Source: Candidatus Moraniibacteriota bacterium (lineage in GTDB: Bacteria; Patescibacteriota; Minisyncoccia; Moranbacterales; UBA1568). From it: a DNA stretch of 64,000 bases. Location of the stretch: positions 253,190-317,189 of the forward strand of contig JACPGV010000002.1 in NCBI GenBank assembly GCA_016182385.1, read 5' to 3'. How positions within the stretch are numbered: the stretch's first letter is position 1; every line of letters begins with the position of its first letter. Below are positions 8,129 through 18,720 of this stretch, one piece after another. Made by a program: the position numbers and the translations under genes. Below the pieces are notes generated by a model. That model saw only the letters and a program-made list of their open reading frames with translations, was not told the DNA's origin and searched no databases.

Positions 8129-9430
8129 ATGGACACTCTTTTTGCCCCTTTGGGAGATTTCTTTTCAGCTATGGGATCTATGTTCTCAGTCGTTTTGAGC
8201 GTGTGGTTTATTCTTTTTCCACCGATTCTTTTTTTTGTTTTTAAGGTGTTGTGGGTGCCTTACGTGCAGGGGAGATATGCGTCAAAAATCAAATGGATAC
8301 TTCTCGAAATTATTCCGCCACGAGACATTGAGAAGAGTCCATTGCCCATGGAATCTATTTTTTCTGGTTTTGCTGGCGTCATAAAAACTCCCACCACTGC
8401 TGAAGAATGGATCGGGGGAGAGTTTCCCGTATCTTTTTCTTTGGAGATAGCCAGTCATGAAGGTGAAGTGCATTTTTATATTCGTACGCAGGCCGGTTTT
8501 CGAGATCTTGTGGAAGCGCAATTTTATGCGCATTACCCCAATGTCGAGATCGTGGAAGTGCCGGATTATATTACTCGGTTGCCCAAAACCATTCCTAATA
8601 AAGGTTGGGAGTTATGGGGGGCCGATTTGGCTTTGACGAAGGACGACCTTTATCCCATCAAAACATATAAATATTTCGAGGAGAGTGTCACCGGAAAGAT
8701 GATTGATCCATTGGCGAGTCTTGTAGAAACTATGGGCAAAGCTGGTCCCGGGCAATTCATGTGGCTTCAGATGATTACGACGCCTATAAAAGAATCTTGG
8801 GCCAAAGAACATGGTCAGCCGGTCGTTGATACTTTTTTAGGAAGAGTCAAAGAGGAAAAAATGGGTATTTTTGCCCGACTTCTTTTGGATATCAAGGATA
8901 TTCTTTTGAATTTGCATACGGCTCTTCTGGGTAAAGAGGTGGTGTACAGTACCGGTGCCAGCGATGAGAAAAAAGATGAACAGCCGGTGGAGTTTCGTTT
9001 GACTCCTGGAGAAAAGGATGTCTTGAAGGCTCTGCAGTCGCAAATGGGAAAACAACAATTCAAGATGCGCATGCGCTATGTCTATACAGCACGGCGGGAT
9101 ATTTTCAGTAAAACATTCGGTGTAGCGGCTTTCATGGGGAGTATGAAACAGTTTGCTGATCAGAATATGAATGGGTTTAAGCCCGAAGATCATTCCAAAA
9201 CGGACGCAAAATATATATTTGTCGAACCGCGTTTGCGTTTTCGCCAACGGCGTATTTTCAATCGTTATATCAATCGAGATGCTGATCCGCAGAAAACACG
9301 TTTTATTCTGAGTTCTGAAGAACTGGCGACGGTGTTTCATATTCCCGATATGGCTGTCAGTACGCCGACACTTTCGCGAGTCTCCGCTAAACGAGGTTCC
9401 GCGCCTGCTAATTTACCTATACAAGAATAG
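8129..9430 (+). CDS. Conserved membrane-anchored protein preceding the VirD4-like ATPase
   Basis: N-terminal TM helix and LLEI.PP..SFSLEI..IHFY..YP.VEI..DY..YPIKTY..LSSEELATVFH.P motifs; sits 6 nt before the ATPase gene. Confidence 0.7.
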   Translation: MDTLFAPLGDFFSAMGSMFSVVLSVWFILFPPILFFVFKVLWVPYVQGRYASKIKWILLEIIPPRDIEKSPLPMESIFSGFAGVIKTPTTAEEWIGGEFPVSFSLEIASHEGEVHFYIRTQAGFRDLVEAQFYAHYPNVEIVEVPDYITRLPKTIPNKGWELWGADLALTKDDLYPIKTYKYFEESVTGKMIDPLASLVETMGKAGPGQFMWLQMITTPIKESWAKEHGQPVVDTFLGRVKEEKMGIFARLLLDIKDILLNLHTALLGKEVVYSTGASDEKKDEQPVEFRLTPGEKDVLKALQSQMGKQQFKMRMRYVYTARRDIFSKTFGVAAFMGSMKQFADQNMNGFKPEDHSKTDAKYIFVEPRLRFRQRRIFNRYINRDADPQKTRFILSSEELATVFHIPDMAVSTPTLSRVSAKRGSAPANLPIQE

Positions 9431-9436
9431 TGTTTT

Positions 9437-11383
9437 ATGATTCATACTGATCAAAACGACATTACTTTTTTTGCTAAAACGAACTTTCGTAATCAGGATC
9501 GGGTGTTTGGTATCAAGACGGATGATCGACGTCGGCACATGTACGTCATCGGCAAGACTGGTATGGGAAAAACCAATCTTCTCGAGAATTTGGCGATACA
9601 AGATATTCAGAAGGGTCATGGTATTGCTTTTATCGATCCGCACGGTGATACGGCGGAAAAACTTATTCGAGCTATTCCAGCGAATCGTATCAATGACGTC
9701 ATTTATTTCAATCCAGCCGATCAAGATTTCCCCATTGCTTTCAATGTAATGGAAAAAGTCAGTCCCGAGTATCGGCATCTTGTGGCGTCCGGTCTGGTCG
9801 GCGTGTTCAAGAAGATATGGGCGGATTCATGGGGACCGCGTCTTGAATATATTCTCCGCAACGCCATTTTGGCACTCCTTGAATACCCTGGTTCGACACT
9901 TCTCGGCGTGACGCGTATTTTGGTGGATAAATCCTATCGTGACCGTGTTGTGGAAAAAGTGACCGATCCGGTGGTGCGGAGTTTTTGGGTGGATGAATTT
10001 TCCAAGTGGAACGACCGCGTACTTCAAGAAGTCATTTCGCCGATTCAAAACAAGGTGGGACAATTTTTGACGAGTTCGCTTATTCGCAATATCGTTGGTC
10101 AGACGACATCGTCTTTTGATGTGCGTGATGTGATGGATGGTCGCAAGATTCTCATCATGAATCTTTCCAAGGGGCGCATAGGTGAAGACAACAGCGCACT
10201 TCTGGGCGCGATGATCATCACCAAGATCCAACTTGCCGCGATGGCACGGGTGGATATTCCCGAAGATGATCGCAATGATTTTTATTTGTATGTCGACGAA
10301 TTTCAAAATTTTGCGACGGAATCATTTGCTAATATTCTTTCGGAAGCTCGCAAATATCATTTGAATCTTGTTCTCGCTAATCAATATGTGACGCAGATCG
10401 ACGAAAAAGTGCGTGACGCTATTTTCGGTAATGCGGGAAGCATCATTTCTTTCCGTGTCGGTGCGATGGATGCGGAGTTTTTGGAAAAAGAATTTGAGCC
10501 GGTATTTATTGCGAATGATCTTGTCAATTTGGAAAAATATAATATTTATCTCAAATTGATGATTGATGGTATCGCTGGAGATGCGTTTTCCGCCACCACG
10601 TTGCCGCCGATCAAATTGGAAGATGCCGGCAACGAAGAGAAGATTATTCATAGTTCTCGGGAGCGGTATTCGTCGAGTAAGATTGAGGTAGAAGACAAGA
10701 TTCGTCGGTGGAGTGGAATGCTTACGGCGGAAGAACGTCAAGCCTTCGCAGGACAATCATCGCGTGCGAGGGATGTGCAGACGACTGTTGAAAAAAATAC
10801 GTCGCAGAGGAAACAAATTCACTCTCCGTCGCCTATGTTTTCTCGAGGAAAAGAACACAAGCCGGTGTACCCACAAAAAAGAGAGGAGCATGTCGTGGTG
10901 ACACGTGAGACACCGATGGCTGAAATACCCGCGAACGAGATTGTTCCAGCGTCTCTGGAAAAGAAAGAAGAGGGAGAACAAAAAGAAAAAAATATTTCTC
11001 AAGGAGAAGAGAGTGTGGAAAAGAAGATGTATGCCGCTTTGTGTGCGACATGTGGTGTCGATATTGCCGTTCCTTTTGAACCGGATGGAAAACGGCCGAC
11101 TTTTTGCAAGGATTGTTTGCGTGATTATCAACGGGCGACTGCCAAAGTACGAAATGAGACAGTGCCGAAAGAGAATGTGGCATCGAATAACGAGAGAGCA
11201 AAGAAAAAAGATGTTCGCACGATGCAGCCGAAAGCGTATGTTTCTTCTGATGCGCCCATGTCGCTTGGTCAGGTGCAACACGTCGGTCCGAAGAAATTCA
11301 AAACATTACAGCGACGTCCTTCTGTCAATTTGCAAGAGGTGCGATCGCTTATTGATCAGGCGAGAAAAAACACAGAAGAGTGA
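9437..11383 (+). CDS. VirD4/TrwB/HerA-like (DUF87-type) ATPase with C-terminal CxxC-x17-CxxC zinc ribbon
   Basis: DRRRHMYVIGKTGMGKT (Walker A), IDPHGD, YLYVDEFQNF (Walker B), SEARKY and CATC..PFEPDGKRPTFCKDC. Confidence 0.85.
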   Translation: MIHTDQNDITFFAKTNFRNQDRVFGIKTDDRRRHMYVIGKTGMGKTNLLENLAIQDIQKGHGIAFIDPHGDTAEKLIRAIPANRINDVIYFNPADQDFPIAFNVMEKVSPEYRHLVASGLVGVFKKIWADSWGPRLEYILRNAILALLEYPGSTLLGVTRILVDKSYRDRVVEKVTDPVVRSFWVDEFSKWNDRVLQEVISPIQNKVGQFLTSSLIRNIVGQTTSSFDVRDVMDGRKILIMNLSKGRIGEDNSALLGAMIITKIQLAAMARVDIPEDDRNDFYLYVDEFQNFATESFANILSEARKYHLNLVLANQYVTQIDEKVRDAIFGNAGSIISFRVGAMDAEFLEKEFEPVFIANDLVNLEKYNIYLKLMIDGIAGDAFSATTLPPIKLEDAGNEEKIIHSSRERYSSSKIEVEDKIRRWSGMLTAEERQAFAGQSSRARDVQTTVEKNTSQRKQIHSPSPMFSRGKEHKPVYPQKREEHVVVTRETPMAEIPANEIVPASLEKKEEGEQKEKNISQGEESVEKKMYAALCATCGVDIAVPFEPDGKRPTFCKDCLRDYQRATAKVRNETVPKENVASNNERAKKKDVRTMQPKAYVSSDAPMSLGQVQHVGPKKFKTLQRRPSVNLQEVRSLIDQARKNTEE

Positions 11384-11453
11384 TGGATCGAGAAAAACGT
11401 TTGTTGATTGGTGGTATTTTTGTTACTATGGAAAAAAGAGTAATAATGAAAGT

Positions 11454-11564
11454 ATGAGTTTTAGAAAATGGCACAAACGGGCATATGCCCTGTGGGTGGT
11501 GGTTTCTGTTCTTGTTGTGGTATCGATGGTGGCCTTTTTGTTTGCCCCGTTCTTTCTCTATTAG
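11454..11564 (+). CDS. Small single-TM protein (36 aa)
   Basis: MSFRKWHKRAYALWVVVSVLVVVSMVAFLFAPFFLY*: a basic N-terminus plus one TM helix, filling the gap before the FtsB-like gene. Confidence 0.6.
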   Translation: MSFRKWHKRAYALWVVVSVLVVVSMVAFLFAPFFLY

Positions 11565-11593
11565 TCAATGAAACACTCCTAAAAATTTGCCCT

Positions 11594-11986
11594 ATGATGA
11601 AAAAGAAATGGGGAATCGGCGTGGTTATTATTTTGGGATGTATTGTATTCGGATGGGTAACGACAATAGCGTGGAAACATGTGGAAAGGAATCGGGTCAT
11701 TCAAAAAGAAATCGCTCTTTTACAGACCGAGGCAGATCGTATTCGTTTGGAAAATGAGACATTGAGCGAAAAAATACGGTATTTTGACTCTGAAGAGTTT
11801 CGTGAACAGGAGGCAAAAGAAAAATTGGGATTAAAAAAAGAGGAAGAGACAGTAGTAGCTATTAAACAATTTGCGGAAGAGGGTATCATTGATAAGAGAG
11901 AAACGATTCCGATACCTCATGAGGATGTCGATGAGGCAGGAATTTTTTCTCACCCACTCAAGTGGTGGAAGATGTTTTTTCAGTAA
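11594..11986 (+). CDS. Septum formation initiator (FtsB/DivIC family)
   Basis: TM helix, then a coiled coil, then EEFREQEAKEKLGLKKEEE. Confidence 0.8.
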   Translation: MMKKKWGIGVVIILGCIVFGWVTTIAWKHVERNRVIQKEIALLQTEADRIRLENETLSEKIRYFDSEEFREQEAKEKLGLKKEEETVVAIKQFAEEGIIDKRETIPIPHEDVDEAGIFSHPLKWWKMFFQ

Positions 11987-12009
11987 TAAGATGGTATGCG
12001 TAAAATCGT

Positions 12010-13044
12010 ATGAAAAAAATTAAAATTAGTACACTCGTTTATAGTCTAGGTATCGCGTTGGCGGTGCTTTTGAGCGTTAGTTTGTTTATGGTGTACGGTT
12101 TTTCTTCCTCACATAAGGGGGCTGATCGCTTGAAGGATATGTTTCCGTACCCTATAGCTTTTGTTGGATATGGTCAGGCAGTGACGTACGCGTCTCTTTC
12201 TGAAAATATCGCCTCGGTGAGACGTTTTTATGAAACACAGGATTTTTCAAAAGTTGGTTTACGGGTTGATTTTTCTACCAAGGAAGGTGAAAAGCGTTTC
12301 AAGATACGAGAAAAAGAAATTTTGAATAAAATGATTGAAGACGAGGTGATAGAATCACTTGCTAAAAAACGGGGTATTCGTGTAAGTAAAGAAGAGGTGC
12401 GTCAAAATATAACGCACAAACTTGAAGAGTACGGTAGTGAAAAGGAAGTGCGAGAAAATCTTGATCGTTTGTATGGTTGGACAGTGAATGATTTTGAGGA
12501 AAAAGTGGTGATGCCGGGTTTGTATCAGGAAAAATTGCAAAAAACATTTCTTGAAGAATCGGATACGTCTTCTCGCGCGCGTGAGGTGATCGCGTTGGCG
12601 GAGGAGAAGTTAGGATCAGGAATGAGCTTTTCTGATGTCGCAAAAGAATATTCTGAGGGGAAAACATCTGAACAAGGCGGTGAATTAGGGTGGTTTGTTT
12701 TGGAAGACCTTGCTCCGGAATTACGTTTGGTGGTAGCCAATCAAAAAGTCGGTATTCCAGGAGAGAGTGTCGAAAGCGTTCTGGGTTTCCATGTCGTTTT
12801 GGTGGAAGAGATCAAAAAAGAAGAGGGAAAGCAACTGTATCGTTTGCGACAGATTTTTGCTCGTAAAGCGACGTTTGCTGATTGGCTCACGGAAAAAATG
12901 AAAGAAATGACGATCGTTGTTCTTTCTCCGGAGTATCGTTGGGACAATGAAAGAGCCAGAGTGGAATTTCGTAGTCAAGAAATGCGTGAATTCGAACAAG
13001 ATCTTTTCGAAAATACCGAAGGTGATCCAATGTTTTTCTTCTAA
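12010..13044 (+). CDS. SurA/PrsA-type foldase (parvulin PPIase)
   Basis: N-terminal anchor, a SurA_N-like region, and FSDVAKEYSE..GGELGW..GFHVV. Confidence 0.85.
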   Translation: MKKIKISTLVYSLGIALAVLLSVSLFMVYGFSSSHKGADRLKDMFPYPIAFVGYGQAVTYASLSENIASVRRFYETQDFSKVGLRVDFSTKEGEKRFKIREKEILNKMIEDEVIESLAKKRGIRVSKEEVRQNITHKLEEYGSEKEVRENLDRLYGWTVNDFEEKVVMPGLYQEKLQKTFLEESDTSSRAREVIALAEEKLGSGMSFSDVAKEYSEGKTSEQGGELGWFVLEDLAPELRLVVANQKVGIPGESVESVLGFHVVLVEEIKKEEGKQLYRLRQIFARKATFADWLTEKMKEMTIVVLSPEYRWDNERARVEFRSQEMREFEQDLFENTEGDPMFFF

Positions 13045-13110
13045 TGGCATCGGAAATGTTTTTTGGACATTTGTTTTTGCGTCCGTTCATATGATGAATT
13101 GTGTAAATAA

Positions 13111-14391
13111 ATGAGTATGGAAACAAACGAATTTCAAGAAGTCGCTTTTTCTCAAGAAAAGAAAAAGTACCATTGTCGGCACGGGAAATATTTCTTTCTT
13201 TTATTTCTCGCGTGTTTTTTTGGTTTCGCCGGAGGACTCGCATCACCTTTTGTTCTCCACTGGTATGAAAAGAGTTTTTTGTCACCAGTAGAAAAAACCG
13301 AATACACAAGAAGCGTAGTACGAGAGCGGGTAGTCGCGGAAGATCAACTCGTTGCTGATTTGGTAGAAAAAAATTCTCCGAGTGTTGTGAGCATCGTCAT
13401 TTCAAGAGATGTACCGAAGGTGCGTGGTTTTTATAATCCCTTTGGAAGTGGATTCCCGTTTTTTTTCGATCCCTTCAATTCGGGAAATCAGGAAGAGGAT
13501 CGGAATGATACTCGTCGAGTGGAGAAGCAACGTGTCGGATCGGGTTCGGGATTTTTTGTTTCGACGGACGGTCTTGTCGTTACCAATAAGCACGTCGTTT
13601 CCAATGAACGAGATGAGTATACGGTGATTACGAGTGATAACAAGGAATATCCGGCAGCCGTATTGGCTCGCGACCCGTATAATGATATTGCTATTTTGAA
13701 AATTGATGTGAGTGATGTTGTGCCGGTGTCGCTTGGTGATTCAGAGAATGTAAAGGTTGGCCAAACGGTACTCGCGATTGGCAATCCTTTGGGTGAATTT
13801 GCTAATTCGGTTTCCCGCGGTATTGTTTCTGGTTTACAGAGAAGTGTTGAGGCGGGATCGGATTTTGGTGATACGGAAAAGCTTTCCAATATCATACAAA
13901 CGGATGCCGCTATCAATCCGGGAAATTCCGGCGGACCACTTTTCAACCTTTCCGGTGAGGTGATCGGGGTGAATGTCGCCATGGCGAGCGGCGCGGAAAA
14001 TATCGCATTCGCTTTGCCAATCAATTCGGTGAAGCGTGTGGTGGAGCAGGTGCGTACAACTGGCAAGATCTCCGTACCGTATATCGGTGTACGATATATT
14101 ATTCTTAGTGAGGGTATAGCCAAGCAAAACAATCTTGATGTTTCTTATGGTGCGCTCATTTTGCGCGGACAAAATATGACTGATTTCGCGGTTATTCCAG
14201 GATCACCGGCAGATAAAGCTGGACTTATGGAAAACGATATTATTTTGGAAATCAATGGTGTAAAAATTGATGGAGATCACCCGATCGCTCTTCTCATCAA
14301 TCAGTATAATGCGGGAGATGAAATAACGCTAAAAGTTTGGCATAAGGGAGATACAAAGGATGTCAAAGTGAGGCTGGAGGAACGGAGGTAG
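13111..14391 (+). CDS. HtrA/DegP serine protease with PDZ domain
   Basis: GSGSGF, TNKHVV (His), DIAILK (Asp), QTDAAINPGNSGGPL (Ser) and a C-terminal PDZ. Confidence 0.95.
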   Translation: MSMETNEFQEVAFSQEKKKYHCRHGKYFFLLFLACFFGFAGGLASPFVLHWYEKSFLSPVEKTEYTRSVVRERVVAEDQLVADLVEKNSPSVVSIVISRDVPKVRGFYNPFGSGFPFFFDPFNSGNQEEDRNDTRRVEKQRVGSGSGFFVSTDGLVVTNKHVVSNERDEYTVITSDNKEYPAAVLARDPYNDIAILKIDVSDVVPVSLGDSENVKVGQTVLAIGNPLGEFANSVSRGIVSGLQRSVEAGSDFGDTEKLSNIIQTDAAINPGNSGGPLFNLSGEVIGVNVAMASGAENIAFALPINSVKRVVEQVRTTGKISVPYIGVRYIILSEGIAKQNNLDVSYGALILRGQNMTDFAVIPGSPADKAGLMENDIILEINGVKIDGDHPIALLINQYNAGDEITLKVWHKGDTKDVKVRLEERR

Positions 14392-14425
14392 ATTGATATC
14401 GAATGTTATATGACAAAAAGTATAC

Positions 14426-14453
14426 AAAAAGAGGCTTCAAAAAGCCTCTTTTT
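14426..14453 (+). terminator. Intrinsic terminator
   Basis: AAAAAGAGGCT-TCAAAA-AGCCTCTTTTT. Confidence 0.8.
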
Positions 14454-14511
14454 CAGTAAATGAGTGGTGGTATATTTTTCTGAGATAGTGAAAAAAAGTA
14501 TACTTTTCTAA

Positions 14512-14538
14512 TTAGCACTCTCAGTTAGAGATTGCTAA
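14512..14538 (+). promoter_or_regulatory. CIRCE operator (HrcA) upstream of clpB
   Basis: TTAGCACTC-N9-GATTGCTAA, one mismatch to the consensus TTAGCACTC-N9-GAGTGCTAA. Confidence 0.9.
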
Positions 14539-14642
14539 TTTTTTGTTTTTTTGATATATTGATGGTGAAGATTTGACCGATAAGAGAAAAGCATTTTCTT
14601 ATCGAGTGACGTCAAAAAAAATTATAAAGTAAAGAGAGGTTT

Positions 14643-17273
14643 ATGAATATACATCGTTTTACTACCAAATCACAAGAAGCGGTGCGAAACGCGCAGGAAA
14701 TCGCACTCTCGCGTGGTAATGAACAAATGGACGTGCCGCATCTTTTGTATGCGCTTTTATTGCAGAAGGATTCGATTGTGCCGGTAGTTTTACAGAAACT
14801 TGACGTGGAGACGGAAAGCCTTAAAGGAGCGGTCCTTGATATGCTTGATCGTTTTTCACGAACGAATATGGGTGGAACGGGACAACTTTCTCTTTCGCCG
14901 ATTCTTGTACAAGTTTTTAATATGGCGGAGAAAGAGATGGTGCGTATGAATGATGGTTTTATTTCTACTGAGCATTTGTTTTTGGCGATATTATCAGTAT
15001 CCGGTGACGCGAAAAAACTTCTAGAAAAATTTGGCGTGTATCATGATGAAGTGCTCAAAACGCTTTCTCTTGTGCGTGGAGGACAACGAGTGGAGAGCGA
15101 AACACCTGAGGCGACGTACCAAGCGCTTGAAAAATATGCTCTCAATTTGACGACTCTCGCGCGTGAGGAAAAGCTTGACCCGGTGATCGGTCGTGATGAA
15201 GAGATTCGACGAGTGATGCAAGTGCTTTCCCGCCGCACCAAGAATAATCCTGTGCTTATTGGAGAGGCAGGGACAGGGAAAACGGCCATTGCCGAGGGCT
15301 TGGCTCAGCGCATTATTTCTGGAGATGTGCCAGAAACCTTGAAAAACAAAGAAATAATTTCGCTTGATCTTGGAGCACTTCTCGCTGGGGCAAAGTTTCG
15401 GGGGGAATTTGAGGAGCGTCTGAAGGCCGTCCTCAAAGAAATCGAATCGGCGCCGGAACGTTTTGTTCTTTTTATCGATGAGCTTCATACGCTTGTGGGG
15501 GCGGGCGCCACTGAGGGAGCGCTTGACGCTTCCAATATGCTGAAACCGGCTCTTGCGCGCGGAAAACTTCGTACAGTGGGGGCGACCACGCTCAAGGAGT
15601 ATCAGAAATATATTGAAAAAGACGCGGCACTTGAACGTCGTTTTCAACCGGTGCTCGTGCAGGAACCATCTGAAGAAGATACGCTTGCCATTTTACGCGG
15701 GATCAAAGAAAAATACGCACTGCATCACGGCGTCAATATTACCGATGATGCGCTTATCGCGGCGGTCAAACTTTCTCGTCGCTATATTACGGATCGATTT
15801 TTACCGGATAAGGCGATTGATCTTATTGACGAGGCGGCATCTTTGCGACGGATGGAAATTGATTCTTTGCCGACAGAGCTTGATCAATTGGCGCGTGCTA
15901 TTCGTCGTTTGGAAATTGAAAAACGCGCGTTAGAAAAAGAAAATAAAAATCAAACGAAAAAGAAGATTGAAGTCATCAACAAGGAATTGTCCGAATTGAA
16001 CGAACGGTCTCGAGCGCTTTCTTTTCAGTGGAAATCAGAACGTGATCTTATTGTGGCGGCGCGCGCGCATAAAGCGGAAATAGAAAAATGGCGATCGCGG
16101 GCGGAAGTAGCGGAGCGCGAGGGACAACTTGATCGTGTGGCGGAAATTCGTTACGGAAAGATTCCAGAGCTTGAAAAAAGTATTCGACTTGAAGAAAAGA
16201 AATTAAGCGCGTTGCAAAAAACCGGTTGTATGCTTCGGGAAGAAATTACCGAGGAAGATATTGCGGCGGTTGTGTCGAAAATGACCGGTGTCCCGATATC
16301 CAAAATGCTTGAAAGAGAAACGGAGAAGCTTGTTCATATGGAGGAAGCACTCGGGAGACGTGTTATCGGTCAGGATGAGGCAATACGATCGGTCGCGAAC
16401 GCTATCAGGCGCTCTCGTGCCGGACTCTCAGAGGAAACTCGTCCAATCGGCTCCTTCATATTTCTTGGTATGACGGGAGTGGGGAAAACGGAGTTGGCCA
16501 AAGCGTTGGCGGAATTTCTTTTTGATGATGAGAAAGCCCTGGTGCGTATTGATATGTCTGAATATATGGAAGCGCATTCGACAGCCAAGCTTATCGGTTC
16601 GCCACCGGGGTATGTGGGCCATGAAGAAGGAGGTCAATTGACGGAAATCATTCGTCGTCGACCGTATAGTGTGCTTTTGCTTGATGAAATAGAAAAGGCG
16701 CATCCGAGTGTGTTTAATATTCTTTTGCAGGTTCTTGATGACGGACGATTGACTGACGCGAAGGGACGGACGGTGAATTTTAAGAATACGGTGATTATTA
16801 TGACATCGAATGTTGGCTCGGAAGTTTTAGTGCGTTCGAAAGATCTTGGTTTTATGGAAAAACGCGGGCAAGAAGGAGTTCTTTCGGAAAAAGAAATCAA
16901 AGAACGAATTTTGCGAAGTTTACGTGAAGCATTTAAACCGGAATTTCTTAATCGTATTGATGACATTGTCATTTTCCATCCGTTGTCGAAAAAAATGCTT
17001 GGGTATATCGTAAAATTGCAACTCGCGCGAGTAAGAGAACGTCTTAAAGAGCGTGGCATCCGAGTTCATTTTTCAGAAACGGTGGAGCAATATTTGGCCA
17101 AAAAAGGTTTTGATCCTTTTTATGGTGCTCGACCCCTCAAACGAAGTATTCAAAGTGAGGTGCTCGATCCTCTCTCTTTTGAAATTTTGGAAAAGAAAGT
17201 TCAAGATGGAGAAAGTATCGATGTAACTCTCAAAAAAGAAAAAATTATTTTTGTAAAGAAAAAGAAAAAATGA
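14643..17273 (+). CDS. clpB: ATP-dependent chaperone ClpB
   Basis: [21 protein letters not shown], a middle coiled coil, [15 protein letters not shown] and GARPLKR. Confidence 0.97.
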   Translation: MNIHRFTTKSQEAVRNAQEIALSRGNEQMDVPHLLYALLLQKDSIVPVVLQKLDVETESLKGAVLDMLDRFSRTNMGGTGQLSLSPILVQVFNMAEKEMVRMNDGFISTEHLFLAILSVSGDAKKLLEKFGVYHDEVLKTLSLVRGGQRVESETPEATYQALEKYALNLTTLAREEKLDPVIGRDEEIRRVMQVLSRRTKNNPVLIGEAGTGKTAIAEGLAQRIISGDVPETLKNKEIISLDLGALLAGAKFRGEFEERLKAVLKEIESAPERFVLFIDELHTLVGAGATEGALDASNMLKPALARGKLRTVGATTLKEYQKYIEKDAALERRFQPVLVQEPSEEDTLAILRGIKEKYALHHGVNITDDALIAAVKLSRRYITDRFLPDKAIDLIDEAASLRRMEIDSLPTELDQLARAIRRLEIEKRALEKENKNQTKKKIEVINKELSELNERSRALSFQWKSERDLIVAARAHKAEIEKWRSRAEVAEREGQLDRVAEIRYGKIPELEKSIRLEEKKLSALQKTGCMLREEITEEDIAAVVSKMTGVPISKMLERETEKLVHMEEALGRRVIGQDEAIRSVANAIRRSRAGLSEETRPIGSFIFLGMTGVGKTELAKALAEFLFDDEKALVRIDMSEYMEAHSTAKLIGSPPGYVGHEEGGQLTEIIRRRPYSVLLLDEIEKAHPSVFNILLQVLDDGRLTDAKGRTVNFKNTVIIMTSNVGSEVLVRSKDLGFMEKRGQEGVLSEKEIKERILRSLREAFKPEFLNRIDDIVIFHPLSKKMLGYIVKLQLARVRERLKERGIRVHFSETVEQYLAKKGFDPFYGARPLKRSIQSEVLDPLSFEILEKKVQDGESIDVTLKKEKIIFVKKKKK

Positions 17274-17433
17274 TTTATTGTCGGTTTTTACTGTTTCTCA
17301 TCTGATAGCTTTGTGCATTAAATATTTGAGTATACAGGTGATGCAAAGGCATTGAACCATAACAGAACCCTTTACAAAAATTCTGTATTGTGGTAAAAAT
17401 ATTTCAGTTCATCCAAAAGAAAGGGGTAGCATC

Positions 17434-17799
17434 GTGTGCCGAAGAAAAAATCCCTATGGCTCGGGGAAAATCGCAAAGAGCCACCACTCCCTCACGTCTT
17501 TTGCCAAAGAGGGGGTGAATTTTCTTGACGGACTTGATGTCGTCAAAAAAATCACGCCGGCGACCATCCGGCAACTTCGCGGAGGAGGAAGAAGAACAAT
17601 AAGAATAATAGAAGGAAAACCTCCCTTGCAGCAAGTTGTGGAGGTTCACTTTTTGAATAACGCCAAGCAAGTGATTTTTGTCGTGGCGTTAAACCGCGAT
17701 GAGGTAGTCGCGGCACTAACAAAGTGGGCGGATGCCCGCGGATTGCCGATCTCCTTTTACGAAAATGGAAAGGGAGGAGAGATTGGATCTGTACAGTAA
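17434..17799 (+). CDS. Hypothetical protein, DUF2103-like
   Basis: KIAKSHHSL..VKKITPATI..KQVIFVV resembles DUF2103; GTG start with a purine-rich RBS and an upstream TTTACA..TGGTAAAA promoter-like box. Confidence 0.55.
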   Translation: MCRRKNPYGSGKIAKSHHSLTSFAKEGVNFLDGLDVVKKITPATIRQLRGGGRRTIRIIEGKPPLQQVVEVHFLNNAKQVIFVVALNRDEVVAALTKWADARGLPISFYENGKGGEIGSVQ

Positions 17800-17908
17800 A
17801 AAGTGACGGGTACGTGAGAGAGATCACGGGCCCGTTTTTCTTTAAATCTCTTTTTGTACTATTATAAAAAAGAAGATTGAGATAAAAAAAAGTAATTAAA
17901 AAAAATTC

Positions 17909-18664
17909 ATGATATTCCATTTTACTATTTTTTTCTGGACGGTTATCTTCTTTTTGGGGTTGGAAGGAATTGCCATGAACCCGGTTGTCCCTTCGTGGGG
18001 ATGGTATTTTTTTTCGACGACGCCGCTTCTTATTATTTCTCTTCTGGCCAGCAAAAAGGTGACGGGACAGTATATTGGTGTTTTTTTGCCAAGTGTTTTG
18101 GCGTTGGTTATTCCTTTGCTTTTGCTTCTCATTGATCATTTTACCCAGCGTCAGATTTTTATTGTTTTGAGCGCGGGTATGTATTATTTTTCACTACTTG
18201 GCATGTATCGTTTGCATCATGCCCGAGAAGACAAAACAGCAAAGTCTTTTTTGTATGCCGCGGCTATGGCGGCTATTTTCTTTTTTTATTCCGGTACGTA
18301 TGGTTTTTATCTTAATTTTACTTTTCCGCTTTGGGGGATGATGTTTTTATATTTTATCGGAACGAGTTTTATCAGCTATGAAACCTTTGTTGGTGTGGAG
18401 CGGGTAGGGAAAGCACGCATGCTTCTTTACAGTGTCATTTTGGGATTCATTATGGGGGAAGGTGCGTGGGTAATGAGTTTCTGGCCCTTTGGATATTTGA
18501 CAGCCGGGGTCATCGCTCTTCTTTTCTTTTTTCTCTTGTGGGATATTGCGCTTGATGGACTTCGAGAAAAACTTTCTTTAAGGAAAACCGTGTGGCGTTT
18601 TTTCTTTTTCTTGGTATTGCTCACTCTTCTTCTTTTGAGTACTCCTTGGCGTATTCTTGTATAA
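17909..18664 (+). CDS. Hypothetical integral membrane protein
   Basis: About 8-9 hydrophobic segments over 251 aa. Confidence 0.75.
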   Translation: MIFHFTIFFWTVIFFLGLEGIAMNPVVPSWGWYFFSTTPLLIISLLASKKVTGQYIGVFLPSVLALVIPLLLLLIDHFTQRQIFIVLSAGMYYFSLLGMYRLHHAREDKTAKSFLYAAAMAAIFFFYSGTYGFYLNFTFPLWGMMFLYFIGTSFISYETFVGVERVGKARMLLYSVILGFIMGEGAWVMSFWPFGYLTAGVIALLFFFLLWDIALDGLREKLSLRKTVWRFFFFLVLLTLLLLSTPWRILV

Positions 18665-18720
18665 GGTACGTAAAACGGGTTGCCAAATATGAGAAAACGT
18701 GTTAAGAAGGGGTACATCAT

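Noticed and set aside
11468..11593. Cys-rich N-terminal extension of the FtsB-like ORF
   Set aside because: It is an off-frame reading of the small TM gene at 11454-11564; the real start is likely 11594.
13488..14132. Long antisense ORFs over htrA, clpB, secD and the sugar transferase
   Set aside because: They have no motifs, show the composition typical of reverse-frame shadows, and fully overlap well-supported genes.
14494..14509. AAAAGTATACTTTT palindrome sharing TATACTTTTCT with the 36-bp palindrome arm
   Set aside because: It is a short AT-rich match lacking the TTGCAA core and is plausible by chance.
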